Counted from the first letter of the stretch, positions 29,956 through 39,911 are shown. The stretch: DNA of 64,000 nucleotides from Arcobacteraceae bacterium (GCA_965224485.1 CBDCZH010000010.1:256001-320000), one strand, 5' to 3'. Notes: a model not told the origin generated them from the letters alone. Numbers and translations: made by a program.

Positions 29956-31100
29956 TAAAAAAAATTGCAATAGTATTAAATAACTCGTGGTATGCTTATA
30001 ATTTTAGATTTAATTTAGCAAGAATCTTAAAAGATAATGGATATGAAGTTATTTTCATAGCTCCTTATGATAAAAAATATAGTGAATTATTAAAAAAAGA
30101 ATTTGAATTTTTTGATATAACTATAGATGCTAAAGGAATCAATCCTATTCGTGATTTTAACACTATGGTATCTTTATATAAATTATATAAAAACATAAAA
30201 CCAGATATAGTTTTAAATTTCACTATAAAACCAAATATTTATTCTTCAATAGTAGCTGGTATTTTAAAAATTAAATCAATTAGCAATATTACAGGACTTG
30301 GTACTATATTTATAAAACAATCTATTATTACAAAAGTAGCAAAGTTATTATATAAAATTGCTTTAGGATTTAATAATAAAGTTTTTTTTCAAAATAATGA
30401 TGATAGAAACTTATTTATTGATAATAATTTAATCAGTAAGTATACAAGTGATTTATTACCAGGTAGTGGAGTTGATTTAAATAAGTTTATACCAATTTTC
30501 AAAGATATAAAATCTGACAAACTTATTTTTTTATTAATTGCTAGATTGTTAAAAGATAAAGGTATCTTAGAATATATTGAAGCTATAAAAATTATTAAAA
30601 ATAAATATAATAATATAGTATTTCAAATACTTGGAGCTATTGGTGTTGAAAATAAAACAGCAATAACTAAAAAAGAGCTAGAAAATTGGATAGATGATGG
30701 ACTTGTTAATTATCTTGGTACTACAGATAATGTACAAGATATTATATCTCAAGTTGATTGTGTGGTGTTACCATCATATAGAGAAGGAACTCCTCGAAGT
30801 TTACTAGAAGCTTGTGCTATGGAAAAACCAATAATAGCTACAAATGTGATAGGTTGTAAAGAAGTTGTTGATGATGGTATAAATGGATATTTATGTGAAG
30901 TTAAAAATGCAAAAGATTTATCAAATAAAATGGAAATGATTATAAATTTATCTTCTGAAGAAAGAAAAATCATGGGTAAAGCTGGTAGAAAGAAAATTGT
31001 TAATGAGTTTGATGAAAAAATTGTAATTAATAAATACTTAGAAAGTATAGAAGAGATTTTATACCCCAAGGGCACTTCCTGTGGGGCGAATAATGAATAA
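29952..31100 (+). CDS. GT4 glycosyltransferase (PglA/CapM-like)
   Basis: YNFR, FTIKPNIY, TGLG, PGSGVD, LPSYREGTPRSLLEA. Confidence 0.88.
   Translation: MIKKIAIVLNNSWYAYNFRFNLARILKDNGYEVIFIAPYDKKYSELLKKEFEFFDITIDAKGINPIRDFNTMVSLYKLYKNIKPDIVLNFTIKPNIYSSIVAGILKIKSISNITGLGTIFIKQSIITKVAKLLYKIALGFNNKVFFQNNDDRNLFIDNNLISKYTSDLLPGSGVDLNKFIPIFKDIKSDKLIFLLIARLLKDKGILEYIEAIKIIKNKYNNIVFQILGAIGVENKTAITKKELENWIDDGLVNYLGTTDNVQDIISQVDCVVLPSYREGTPRSLLEACAMEKPIIATNVIGCKEVVDDGINGYLCEVKNAKDLSNKMEMIINLSSEERKIMGKAGRKKIVNEFDEKIVINKYLESIEEILYPKGTSCGANNE
31062..31088. repeat. Small GC-rich hairpin element at the gene junction
   Basis: CCCCA-AGG-GCACTT-CCT-G-TGGGG in an otherwise very AT-rich context; degenerate copies at about 31199-31222 and 31964-31980. 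Confidence 0.6.
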
Positions 31101-31995
31101 CATATTACTAACAGGTTCAAATGGTTTCGTTGGAAAATATTTCCTAAATAACTATAAAAAAGAATATAACATAAGTACTTTTTCATTTAGAGATAATGTA
31201 CCTAAAGGTATTTCTTTTAGTCATTCCAACGATTTGAATTTGAATAATATTGATAGCATTATTCATCTCTCTGCTTTAGTTCATCAAATGGGTGGAGCCT
31301 CAAAAGAAGAATATGAAAAAATTAATGTTAGACAAACTCTTGATCTTGCAAAAAAAGCTAAAATAAGTGGAGTTAAACATTTTATTTTTATGAGTACTAT
31401 TAAAGTATATGGTGAAGAAAGTGAATTAATTTATAAAGAATCAAGTAATTGCAAGCCAAAAGATGATTATGGAAAAAGTAAATTAAGAGCTGAACGTGAG
31501 CTTCTAGAGCTTGAAGATGAGGATTTTATAGTATCAATTATTAGAACACCAATAGTTTATGGTTATGGAGTTAAAGCAAATATCAAAAACTTAATAAAAT
31601 TAGTTTCTAAATTAAGAGTTTTACCATTTTATAATACTAATAATAAAAGAAGCATGGTTTATATAGGTAATCTTTACAATTTAATTGATACTATAATTAT
31701 TAAAGAAAAAAGTGGAATATTTTTAGCTTGTGATGATGAAAGTATTTCAACAAGTAGGTTGGTAGAACTTATAGGAAAAGCTTTAGGTAAAAAAATATAT
31801 TTAATTAAAATCCCATTTTTTGAAAGTCTATTAAAAACTTTTAAACCTAGTTTTTATAAAAGATTATATGGAAGTTTAGAAGTTGATAATACCTTGACAA
31901 AAGAGATTTTAGGCTTGAAAAATCCTTATACTGTTGAAGAGGGAATAGAGTTAATGATTAATCAAAAGAGTACTTCTTTTAAGAAAACGATTTAA
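31093..31995 (+). CDS. NAD-dependent epimerase/reductase (WbpV-like)
   Basis: TGSNGFVG, HLSALVHQM, YGKSK, RTPIVYG, KRSMV; ATG at 31093 is the likely start. Confidence 0.82.
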   Translation: MNNILLTGSNGFVGKYFLNNYKKEYNISTFSFRDNVPKGISFSHSNDLNLNNIDSIIHLSALVHQMGGASKEEYEKINVRQTLDLAKKAKISGVKHFIFMSTIKVYGEESELIYKESSNCKPKDDYGKSKLRAERELLELEDEDFIVSIIRTPIVYGYGVKANIKNLIKLVSKLRVLPFYNTNNKRSMVYIGNLYNLIDTIIIKEKSGIFLACDDESISTSRLVELIGKALGKKIYLIKIPFFESLLKTFKPSFYKRLYGSLEVDNTLTKEILGLKNPYTVEEGIELMINQKSTSFKKTI

Positions 31996-32032
31996 TTTAA
32001 ATTTTTTTAATTCTTATATCAAATATGAATTA

Positions 32033-32069
32033 TTGACAGGTTTTTGTATTAATGGTATAATTATGTACA
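32033..32069 (+). promoter_or_regulatory. Sigma70 promoter of yefM-yoeB with TGTACA operator core
   Basis: TTGACA (32033-38), 17 bp spacer, TGn-TATAAT (32056-61); TGTACA palindrome at 32064-69. Confidence 0.75.
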
Positions 32070-32089
32070 ATATAACGTAAGGAATATAT

Positions 32090-32341
32090 ATGCAAGTATT
32101 AAGTTTAACTGAAGCTCGAAATAATCTTAAGGCTGTCTTTGATAGTGTATATTTAGATAATGAGGAAGTAATAATTCATAGAAAAGGCAAAGAAAATGTT
32201 GTGGTTATATCCTTTGATGAATATAATTCTATGAAAGAAACGAATTATTTATTAAATTCTCCTGCAAATAAAAAACAACTTTTAAATTCCTTAAAACAAC
32301 TTAGAGATGATAAAGGTTTTCAAAGAGATATCATAGAATGA
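32090..32341 (+). CDS. yefM: YefM/Phd antitoxin
   Basis: TEARNNL...VIIHRKG..VVVIS.DEYNSMKET.YLL.SPAN. Confidence 0.9.
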   Translation: MQVLSLTEARNNLKAVFDSVYLDNEEVIIHRKGKENVVVISFDEYNSMKETNYLLNSPANKKQLLNSLKQLRDDKGFQRDIIE

Positions 32342-32592
32342 ATATAATTTGGAGTGAAAATTCTTGGGATGAATATTTATTCTGGCAAACAAATGATAAA
32401 AAAATTCTGAAAAAAATAAATTCCTTAATAAAAGATATTAAAAGAGATTCATACAATGGTCTTGGTAAATCTGAACCATTAAAATATGAATTAATAGGAT
32501 GCTGGTCAAGACGAATTACAGATGAACATAGATTAGTTTATGAAGTTGTTGATTATAATCTTAATATAATTTCTTGCAAATACCATTATTAA
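32338..32592 (+). CDS. yoeB: YoeB/Txe toxin
   Basis: WDEYLFWQ, GLGKSEPLKY, WSRRITDEHRLVY, terminal YHY. Confidence 0.92.
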   Translation: MNIIWSENSWDEYLFWQTNDKKILKKINSLIKDIKRDSYNGLGKSEPLKYELIGCWSRRITDEHRLVYEVVDYNLNIISCKYHY

Positions 32593-32603
32593 AGGGATTA
32601 ATT

Positions 32604-33623
32604 TTGAATTTTGAACACCAATTTCACTTCTTTGAGAGCAATTTTTTAATTTTTATTTTGATATTATTTCTTTTATCTTTTGTTTTAACTTATATTGTTA
32701 AAGAAATTGCTATAAAAAAATCTTTATATGCCCAAGTTAGTGAAAGAAGTTCTCACAGTGTTGCTACTCCTCATGGTGGCGGAATTGCTCTTGCTTTGAC
32801 TTGGTTTATTGGTATCACTTATTTATATTATACAAATGATATAAATTCTTCTTTATATTATGCTCTAATGGTGGGAATTATTATTTCTGTCGTTTCTTAT
32901 TTTGATGACTTATTTGAACTTAGTGCAAAACTTAGATTAGCAGTACAGGCTTCTGTATCAATTCTTGGATTATACTTTTTAGGTGGATTAGAACAAATAG
33001 ATTTAATTGTATTTTCAATTGAAAATAGTGTTTTCACAAATGTATTTGCTTTTTTTCTTATTATTTGGTTTATTAATTTATATAATTTTTTAGATGGTAT
33101 TGATGGATATGCAGGAAGCCAAGCAGTTTTTTTAGGGCTTGCAGGATATATTATATTTGGTGATTCTCACTTTTTAGTTTTAATATCTGCAAGTCTTGGA
33201 TTCTTAGTATGGAACTGGCATAAAGCTAAAATATTTATGGGTGATGTTGGAAGTACACTGCTTGGTTATAATATTGCGATATTTACTATTTTTTATCAGA
33301 ATGCAAGTGCAGAAAATGAAGGCACTAGTATTTTACTTTGGATTACATTATTTGGAGTATTTGTATTTGATGCTACTTATACTCTAATAAGAAGAAAACT
33401 AAATGCGGAGAGTATCAGTACCGCACATAAAAAACATGCTTATCAACGTTTAGTTCAAAGTGGATTCTCTCATGATAAAGTTGTAATATATTCTATTTTT
33501 GTTAATATAACTCTATTTTTCATAGTTTATTTTATTTCAAATCTTTTAGTGTCTTTTAGTATTGCTTTTGTTTTATTATATTTTATTAATAGATTTGTAG
33601 ATAGTAAAAAAAGGTTTAAATAA
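32604..33623 (+). CDS. Undecaprenyl-phosphate HexNAc-1-P transferase (WbpL/WecA, MraY-like)
   Basis: RSSH..TPHGGG, YFDD, NLYNFLDGIDG, IFMGDVGS, HKKHAYQR; TTG start after AAGGGA. Confidence 0.88.
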   Translation: MNFEHQFHFFESNFLIFILILFLLSFVLTYIVKEIAIKKSLYAQVSERSSHSVATPHGGGIALALTWFIGITYLYYTNDINSSLYYALMVGIIISVVSYFDDLFELSAKLRLAVQASVSILGLYFLGGLEQIDLIVFSIENSVFTNVFAFFLIIWFINLYNFLDGIDGYAGSQAVFLGLAGYIIFGDSHFLVLISASLGFLVWNWHKAKIFMGDVGSTLLGYNIAIFTIFYQNASAENEGTSILLWITLFGVFVFDATYTLIRRKLNAESISTAHKKHAYQRLVQSGFSHDKVVIYSIFVNITLFFIVYFISNLLVSFSIAFVLLYFINRFVDSKKRFK

Positions 33624-35353
33624 TGTTTGGTATTGATAAAAGAGTTTTAAATTTTGTAGTTATAATGTTATTAACATTTTTGACTTTTTCTTGGACATTT
33701 TTTATATTTAAGTATTCTTTTGATTATCAGATTATTCTTTTTGTTTTAGCCTTACGTTTTATTTCATCATTTCTTATTTTTAAAGATTATTCTCTTTCTT
33801 GGTCTAAAGCTTCTCAAAAAACATTTTTAATAAAAAGTATTGTTTATATTATTGCTTTCTTAGTTTATATGCCTTTTGTTTATACTTATTATAGACTGGC
33901 TTTCATGTTATCTGAACTTTTTTTATATATATTAACTATTAACTTTTTAATGTATTCTTATTATTACTTTACTAATAAAAGTAAAATTAAGAAAGATAAA
34001 CTTATTGTTATTTATGGAGCTGGAGAGGCTGGGCTAAAATTAAAAGAGGAGTATAAAAATTCTTCTTTTAAAGTTAAATATTTTATTGATGATGATAAAA
34101 CTTTACAAAAACGTACAATTGATGGTATTAAAATACTTTCACAAAAAGAATTTAGACGAGTTTTAAAAAATGATACTTGCGATTTGTTAGTGATAGCTCT
34201 TCCTTCTATTTCAAAAAATAGGGTTAAAATAATATATACAAGGCTTCAAAAATATTTTAATGAAGTTAAAATTTTACCATCTTTAAAAGATATTTTACAA
34301 GAGAAAAGTTTTTCGGCTCAACTTCATAATGTTTCTGTTGAAGATTTGTTAGCTCGGTATCCAAAAGATTTGGATACCGAACAAATAGCAACTTTTATAA
34401 ACAATAAAATTGTTTTAATTACAGGAGCTGGTGGAAGTATTGGTTCTGAAATATCAAAACAATGTTTAAAATATGGGGCCAAAGAGCTAATTTTAGTTGA
34501 TCATAGTGAAATTAATTTATATACTATTGACCAAGAGTTAAATTCTAAAAAAGTTTCTACTATTATGTTAAGTATTGTAAATCTTGAATTATTGCGAAAA
34601 ACTTTTTTAAAGTATAAGCCTGAAATTGTTATTCATGCTGCTGCTTATAAACATGTTCCTTTGTGTGAAGATAATATTAATTCTGCAATTTTAAATAATG
34701 TTATAGGAACTAAAAATGTTATGGATACTGCCATTGAATTTGAAGTACAAAAAGTTGTAATGATTTCAACTGACAAAGCAGTACGACCTACAAATGTAAT
34801 GGGTACTACTAAAAGAATATGCGAATTGTATGCTCAAAATCTAAATTCTAAGAGCACTGAAATAGTTGCAGTTAGATTTGGAAATGTTTTAGGTTCTTCT
34901 GGTTCAGTTATTCCAAAATTTAAAGAACAAATAGCCTTAGGTGGCCCTATAACTGTTACACATAAAGATATTACTAGATATTTCATGCTAATTCCAGAAG
35001 CTTGTGAACTTGTGCTTCAAGCTGCTTCTCTTGGACGTGGTGGAGAAATCTTTATACTTGATATGGGGGAACCTATTAAAATAGTAAATTTAGCTAAAAG
35101 AATGATTGAACTCTCCGGTGCTAGTGATATTAAAATAAAGTTTGTTGGTTTAAGACCTGGAGAGAAACTTTATGAAGAGTTATTAATTGATGACTCTAAT
35201 GCTAAAACAAAATATGAGTCAATCACTGTTGCAAAAACTTCTTTTTATGATATAAAAAAACTAAATGAAGATATAAAAGAACTCTGTACAAGCTTAAATC
35301 AGCTAGAAAAATTAAAAGAAATAGTTCCTGAGTTTAATCATATGAAAAATTAA
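33623..35353 (+). CDS. pglF: UDP-GlcNAc 4,6-dehydratase (PglF/WbpM/CapD)
   Basis: N-terminal TM helices; TGAGGSIGSE, HAAAYKHVP, STDKAVRP, RFGNVLGSSGSV, LRPGEKL. Confidence 0.9.
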   Translation: MFGIDKRVLNFVVIMLLTFLTFSWTFFIFKYSFDYQIILFVLALRFISSFLIFKDYSLSWSKASQKTFLIKSIVYIIAFLVYMPFVYTYYRLAFMLSELFLYILTINFLMYSYYYFTNKSKIKKDKLIVIYGAGEAGLKLKEEYKNSSFKVKYFIDDDKTLQKRTIDGIKILSQKEFRRVLKNDTCDLLVIALPSISKNRVKIIYTRLQKYFNEVKILPSLKDILQEKSFSAQLHNVSVEDLLARYPKDLDTEQIATFINNKIVLITGAGGSIGSEISKQCLKYGAKELILVDHSEINLYTIDQELNSKKVSTIMLSIVNLELLRKTFLKYKPEIVIHAAAYKHVPLCEDNINSAILNNVIGTKNVMDTAIEFEVQKVVMISTDKAVRPTNVMGTTKRICELYAQNLNSKSTEIVAVRFGNVLGSSGSVIPKFKEQIALGGPITVTHKDITRYFMLIPEACELVLQAASLGRGGEIFILDMGEPIKIVNLAKRMIELSGASDIKIKFVGLRPGEKLYEELLIDDSNAKTKYESITVAKTSFYDIKKLNEDIKELCTSLNQLEKLKEIVPEFNHMKN

Positions 35354-35398
35354 TAAGAGAAATGATATAATTTTTTAAATTATTTTATTGGAATTATT

Positions 35399-35818
35399 AT
35401 GAACAAAATTGGAACTATTAAAAAGCCTAAAAAAGCTTTTACACTTTTGGAACTTATCTTTTCTATTGTTATTATATCTATTGTTTCAAGTATTGCAATT
35501 CCTAAGTTTATGGATATAAGAAATAATGCCTTAGCTTCAACTGTTAAAAGCGATATGAACTCTATTATTACCTCAATACAGACTTCTTATTTAATAAATG
35601 GAACAATTGATAAGATTTCTGATGTTATTACTTTAAATGGCACTATTTGGAAACTTGAAGATAAAAGAGTTATATTTAAAGATAAAGAAAATGATTGTAT
35701 AATAATTGAAATTTTAGATACTTCCGATATTCAAGTTATTATTGATGAAAGTACTAGTAGTACTTGTGAAAAGTTAAAAGATTTAGGCATTGTAAATAGA
35801 ACTTATTCTTTGTACTAA
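35399..35818 (+). CDS. Prepilin-type N-terminal cleavage/methylation protein (pseudopilin)
   Basis: KKAFTLLELIFSIVIISIVSSIAIPKF. Confidence 0.85.
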   Translation: MNKIGTIKKPKKAFTLLELIFSIVIISIVSSIAIPKFMDIRNNALASTVKSDMNSIITSIQTSYLINGTIDKISDVITLNGTIWKLEDKRVIFKDKENDCIIIEILDTSDIQVIIDESTSSTCEKLKDLGIVNRTYSLY

Positions 35819-35868
35819 GTTGTGATGTATGTATCAATCAAATCATTAAAAGCACAAAAGAGAGTTAA

Positions 35869-36429
35869 ATGAAAAAAGAAACTATTAACTATAAACCAAA
35901 AACCATAAACCAAAAGGCAGTCTTCCTAGACAGAGATGGTGTTATAAATATTGAAAAAAACTACTTATATAAAATAGAAGATTTTGAGTTTGTTTCTGGT
36001 GTATTTGAAAATTTAAAATATCTTCAAGATCAAGGTTTTTTACTTTTTATCATAACAAATCAATCAGGAATAGCAAGAGAATATTATAGCTTAGAGGATT
36101 TTGATATTTTAACATCTTGGATGAAAAAAGAGTTTGCAAAAGAAAATATTAAAATATCTCAAGTTGAACTTTGTCCTCATATACCTGAAAATAAGTGTGA
36201 ATGTAGAAAACCAAAAACACAAATGATAAAAAATATACAAAAAAATTATGATATTGACTTAGAAAACTCTTGGTTAATAGGGGATAAAAGCTCAGATATA
36301 TTATGTGCAAAAAATGCGAATATTAAAAATACGATACAAGTAAAATCAGGACATAAATTTAAAGAAGAAGACTCACTAGCTGATCATATCTGTACTTCAA
36401 TAGCGAATATAAAAGAAATAATAAAATAA
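35869..36429 (+). CDS. gmhB: D-glycero-beta-D-manno-heptose-1,7-bisphosphate phosphatase
   Basis: FLDRDGVIN, ITNQSGI, CPH...CECRKP, IGDK. Confidence 0.92.
   Translation: MKKETINYKPKTINQKAVFLDRDGVINIEKNYLYKIEDFEFVSGVFENLKYLQDQGFLLFIITNQSGIAREYYSLEDFDILTSWMKKEFAKENIKISQVELCPHIPENKCECRKPKTQMIKNIQKNYDIDLENSWLIGDKSSDILCAKNANIKNTIQVKSGHKFKEEDSLADHICTSIANIKEIIK
35880..35914 (+). repeat. Degenerate heptamer tandem tract (5 units, AAC(C/T)AWW) in the 5' end of gmhB
   Basis: aactatt aactata aaccaaa aaccata aaccaaa. Confidence 0.7.
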
Positions 36430-36460
36430 ACTTGACAAAGCACTCATGAAATGTCAAAAT

Positions 36461-36523
36461 CTACCAACTACCAACTACCAACTACCAACTACCAACTACC
36501 AACTACCAACTACCAACTACCAA
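36461..36523 (+). repeat. Perfect heptamer tandem repeat (CTACCAA)x9
   Basis: Directly visible; followed by degenerate units cttacaa, actataa up to the ligase stop codon. Confidence 0.97.
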
Positions 36524-36538
36524 CTTACAAACTATAAA

Positions 36539-37336
36539 CTACTCACTAAGCCTAATTCTCTTATAAGATGCAAATCTAGGAATTCCATTTTTATTTAATC
36601 TTAGATATTTAAACGTTACAATATCCCCAATTTTAGGAGGATTGATTCTTTCTTTTTTTGTAAAACCACTTCCTACTTTAAAAATAGCTCCACTTTTTAA
36701 TCTAAGGCTTAAACTTTTCATCAGATGTTTTGTATAGTTTATTTTTATAACTTCACCTTCCATATCTTTATAGATATGAACTTTTAAGGAATTTGAACTT
36801 CTTTTTGTTATATAAGGTAAGTTAGGATTTTTTACAATTAAACCTTCTCCATCTAGTTTTAAAACTTCTTCCAAATAAGAGTATAGATGTTTTTTATCTT
36901 TACATATAGTTTGTTTTACAATTTTTACATTTTTATTCTTATTATTTTTAAACCAATTTCTTATTTTTTTTAATCTTTTTTTAAAATCACCTTTACTTTT
37001 AGGCGCTTCAAAAATATTATAAGTGATTTCTCTCCAGTGCAAGCTTGGTGTTTTATCTAAAACAATACTTTGGATATTTTCAAAATCATTTCTTTTAGTC
37101 CATAGTTCACCATCTAAAGGAAAATTTGGAAAGTTTTTAGAAAAACTTAAAGGGGCGTGTATTCTATTTCCATTTTTACTTAAAAATTCTTTTCCATTCC
37201 AATATGCTCTAATACCATCAAGTTTTTCGCTCATATACCAACCTTTGGTATCTTGGTTTTGATATTGTTTTGGTTTTTCAATTTCTAAACTAAATAAACT
37301 AAGTTGTATTATAAGAAGTAAAATGATCTTTTTCAT
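36539..37336 (-). CDS. ATP-dependent DNA ligase (Lig E type) with N-terminal signal peptide
   Basis: MKKIILLLIIQLSLFS signal-like leader; SEKLDGIRAYW (motif I), LDGELW, GEGLIV, OB-fold GSGFT...PRFA. Confidence 0.88.
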   Translation of the reverse strand: MKKIILLLIIQLSLFSLEIEKPKQYQNQDTKGWYMSEKLDGIRAYWNGKEFLSKNGNRIHAPLSFSKNFPNFPLDGELWTKRNDFENIQSIVLDKTPSLHWREITYNIFEAPKSKGDFKKRLKKIRNWFKNNKNKNVKIVKQTICKDKKHLYSYLEEVLKLDGEGLIVKNPNLPYITKRSSNSLKVHIYKDMEGEVIKINYTKHLMKSLSLRLKSGAIFKVGSGFTKKERINPPKIGDIVTFKYLRLNKNGIPRFASYKRIRLSE

Positions 37337-37447
37337 TAAATTACCTTGTAAAGTTTGTATTTATATATCTTATCTAATTTTTATTATAAAGGCATAATGC
37401 TTTTTTAGTTAAAATAATTATCTTTAATGATAACAGTGAGGTACAAA

Positions 37448-38467
37448 ATGATATACAATGATATAGATTATAATAATAAAACTATTTTAATAACAGGAGC
37501 GGCAGGATTTATTGGCTCAAATATTTGCTTTTACTTTCAAAATAACTTTCCTAATGCAAATATCATAGTTCTTGATTGTTTTAGATCAGGAGAAACTTTA
37601 AAGAATGGAAACTTAAAAAGTTTTGGACATTATGAAAACTTACTTGGATTTACAGGTCAAGTTATAAGTGCTGATATAAATGATGAGAAAACTATGTATG
37701 ATTTAGAAAATGATTTTTGTTTTGATTATATTTTTCATGAAGCTGCTATTTCTGATACAACAGTTTCTGAGCAAGATTTGATGATAAAAACAAATGTTAA
37801 TGCTTATGAAAACTTACTGAAAATTGCTATTAAACATAAGGCTAATATGATTTATGCAAGTTCAGCTGCAACATATGGTGATGCATCAAGTCCTCAAAGT
37901 GTAGGTGATGAAAACCCTGGAAATGTATATGGTTTTTCAAAATTAATGATGGATAATATTACTTATAAGTATTTAAAACAAGATTTAGATATTTCAATAG
38001 TAGGTCTTAGGTATTTTAATGTTTATGGATCAAGAGAGTTTTATAAAAATAAAACAGCTTCAACGGTTATACAATTTGGTCATCAAATCTTAGCAGGACT
38101 TACTCCAACACTTTTTGAAAATAGTGATAAGATTTTAAGAGATTTTATACATATTGAAGATGTAATACAAGCAAACATAAAAGCTAGTAATCCTAAGAAG
38201 TCTGGAGTTTATAATGTAGGAACTGGAAAAGCTAGATCTTTCCAAGATATTGCAGATATACTACAAACACAATTAGGTACATCTTTGGGTACAAAGTATA
38301 TTCCTAATCCTTTTATAGGCCAATATCAATTTCATACCCAAGCTAATATTGATGATACTGTAAAATATTTAGACTATAACCCTAGAATTGAGATGGAAGA
38401 GGGAATTTCTTTATATTTAGAAGAGATTAAGAGATTATATACAAAACATAAACAACAAAAAAACTAA
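37448..38467 (+). CDS. rfaD: ADP-L-glycero-D-manno-heptose 6-epimerase
   Basis: TGAAGFIGSN, YASSAATYG, YGFSK, RYFNVYG, YQFHTQA. Confidence 0.93.
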   Translation: MIYNDIDYNNKTILITGAAGFIGSNICFYFQNNFPNANIIVLDCFRSGETLKNGNLKSFGHYENLLGFTGQVISADINDEKTMYDLENDFCFDYIFHEAAISDTTVSEQDLMIKTNVNAYENLLKIAIKHKANMIYASSAATYGDASSPQSVGDENPGNVYGFSKLMMDNITYKYLKQDLDISIVGLRYFNVYGSREFYKNKTASTVIQFGHQILAGLTPTLFENSDKILRDFIHIEDVIQANIKASNPKKSGVYNVGTGKARSFQDIADILQTQLGTSLGTKYIPNPFIGQYQFHTQANIDDTVKYLDYNPRIEMEEGISLYLEEIKRLYTKHKQQKN

Positions 38468-38477
38468 AAGAGATAAT

Positions 38478-39911
38478 ATGGAAAAAATTTTAGAAAGTAT
38501 TGATAAACCAAGTATTTTAGTAATTGGCGATTTAATGATTGATCATTATTTATGGGGTTCTTGTGATAGAATTTCCCCAGAAGCTCCTGTTCCTATTATA
38601 GATATTAAAAGTGAAACAACTGTTTTAGGTGGAGCTGGTAATGTTATTAACAACTTACTTACTTTAGGTGCCAATGTTGGTGTTTTATCTGTTGTTGGAG
38701 ATGATGAAGTTGCAAATGAATTAAAATATCTTATAGATGCAACTGATGCAAAAAGTTATTTGATTTTACAAAAAGGAAGATCTACTTCTAAAAAATCAAG
38801 AATTATGGCTGCTAAGTCTCAAATTGTACGATATGACCATGAGAGTAAAAACAATGTATCTTTTGATAGTGCAAATAAACTTTACGCTAAATTACAGCAA
38901 ATTATAAATGCTTATGACATAATTTTATTATCAGATTATGGAAAAGGTATTTTAACAAAACATCTAACAAAAGATATTATTTCATATGCTAATAAATTAA
39001 ATAAAAAAGTAATAGTTGATCCTAAGGGTGAAGATTATTCTAAGTACAAAGGTGCTTATTTCTTAACTCCAAATAAAAAAGAAGCAGAAATTGCAACAGG
39101 AGTGAAAATAGAAGATGATGATAGTTTAAAATTATGCTTAGAAACATTAAAAAATAACTCAAAGCTTCATTATTCTGTAATTACTCTAAGTGAGCAAGGA
39201 ATTTCGGTTTTAGATGATAATAAGGTAACGGTTAAACCTACAGTTGCAAGAGAAGTTTATGATGTAACAGGAGCAGGTGATACTGTATTAGCCTCTTTAG
39301 GATATGCCTTATCTTTAAATGTTGATATTTACTCAGCAATAGAGTTTGCAAATCTAGCAGCTGGTGTTGTTGTTGGAAAACTAGGAAGTGCAACTGTTAC
39401 TCTAGAAGAAATAGAAGAGTATAAAGCTTCTTTACATAAGGGCTCAATTGATTTACATATCAAAACTAGAAAAGAGATTAAAAAAATATCTAAAAGATTA
39501 CGTGAGCAAAATAAAAAAGTAGTTTTTACAAATGGATGTTTTGATATTTTACATAAAGGTCATGTATCTTATTTAAATAAGGCAAAATCTTTTGGAGATA
39601 TTTTAATTTTAGGACTTAATTCGGACTCGTCTGTAAAAAGGTTAAAAGGTGAAAATCGTCCTATTAATTCTCAAGAAGATAGAGCATATATCTTATGTGC
39701 CCTAGAAAGTGTTGATTATGTTGTTATATTTGATGAAGATACCCCTTATGAACTTATTTCAAGAGTTAAACCTGATGTTTTAGTTAAAGGTGCTGATTAT
39801 GAAGGTAAAGTTGTAGTTGGTTGTGATATTGCAAAAGAGACTAAATTAGTGTCTTTTGTAGATGGCAAAAGTACAACATCAATGATAGATAGAATTTTAG
39901 GAAATAATTAA
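38478..39911 (+). CDS. rfaE: Bifunctional heptose kinase/adenylyltransferase HldE
   Basis: [36 protein letters not shown]. Confidence 0.95.
   Translation: MEKILESIDKPSILVIGDLMIDHYLWGSCDRISPEAPVPIIDIKSETTVLGGAGNVINNLLTLGANVGVLSVVGDDEVANELKYLIDATDAKSYLILQKGRSTSKKSRIMAAKSQIVRYDHESKNNVSFDSANKLYAKLQQIINAYDIILLSDYGKGILTKHLTKDIISYANKLNKKVIVDPKGEDYSKYKGAYFLTPNKKEAEIATGVKIEDDDSLKLCLETLKNNSKLHYSVITLSEQGISVLDDNKVTVKPTVAREVYDVTGAGDTVLASLGYALSLNVDIYSAIEFANLAAGVVVGKLGSATVTLEEIEEYKASLHKGSIDLHIKTRKEIKKISKRLREQNKKVVFTNGCFDILHKGHVSYLNKAKSFGDILILGLNSDSSVKRLKGENRPINSQEDRAYILCALESVDYVVIFDEDTPYELISRVKPDVLVKGADYEGKVVVGCDIAKETKLVSFVDGKSTTSMIDRILGNN

Noticed and set aside
25308..35353. Complete pgl N-glycosylation locus
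   Set aside because: No pglB, pglC or pglE recognisable here; initiation looks WbpL/WbpV-type
36461..36523. CRISPR array
   Set aside because: Contiguous 7-mers with no spacers and no cas genes in the window
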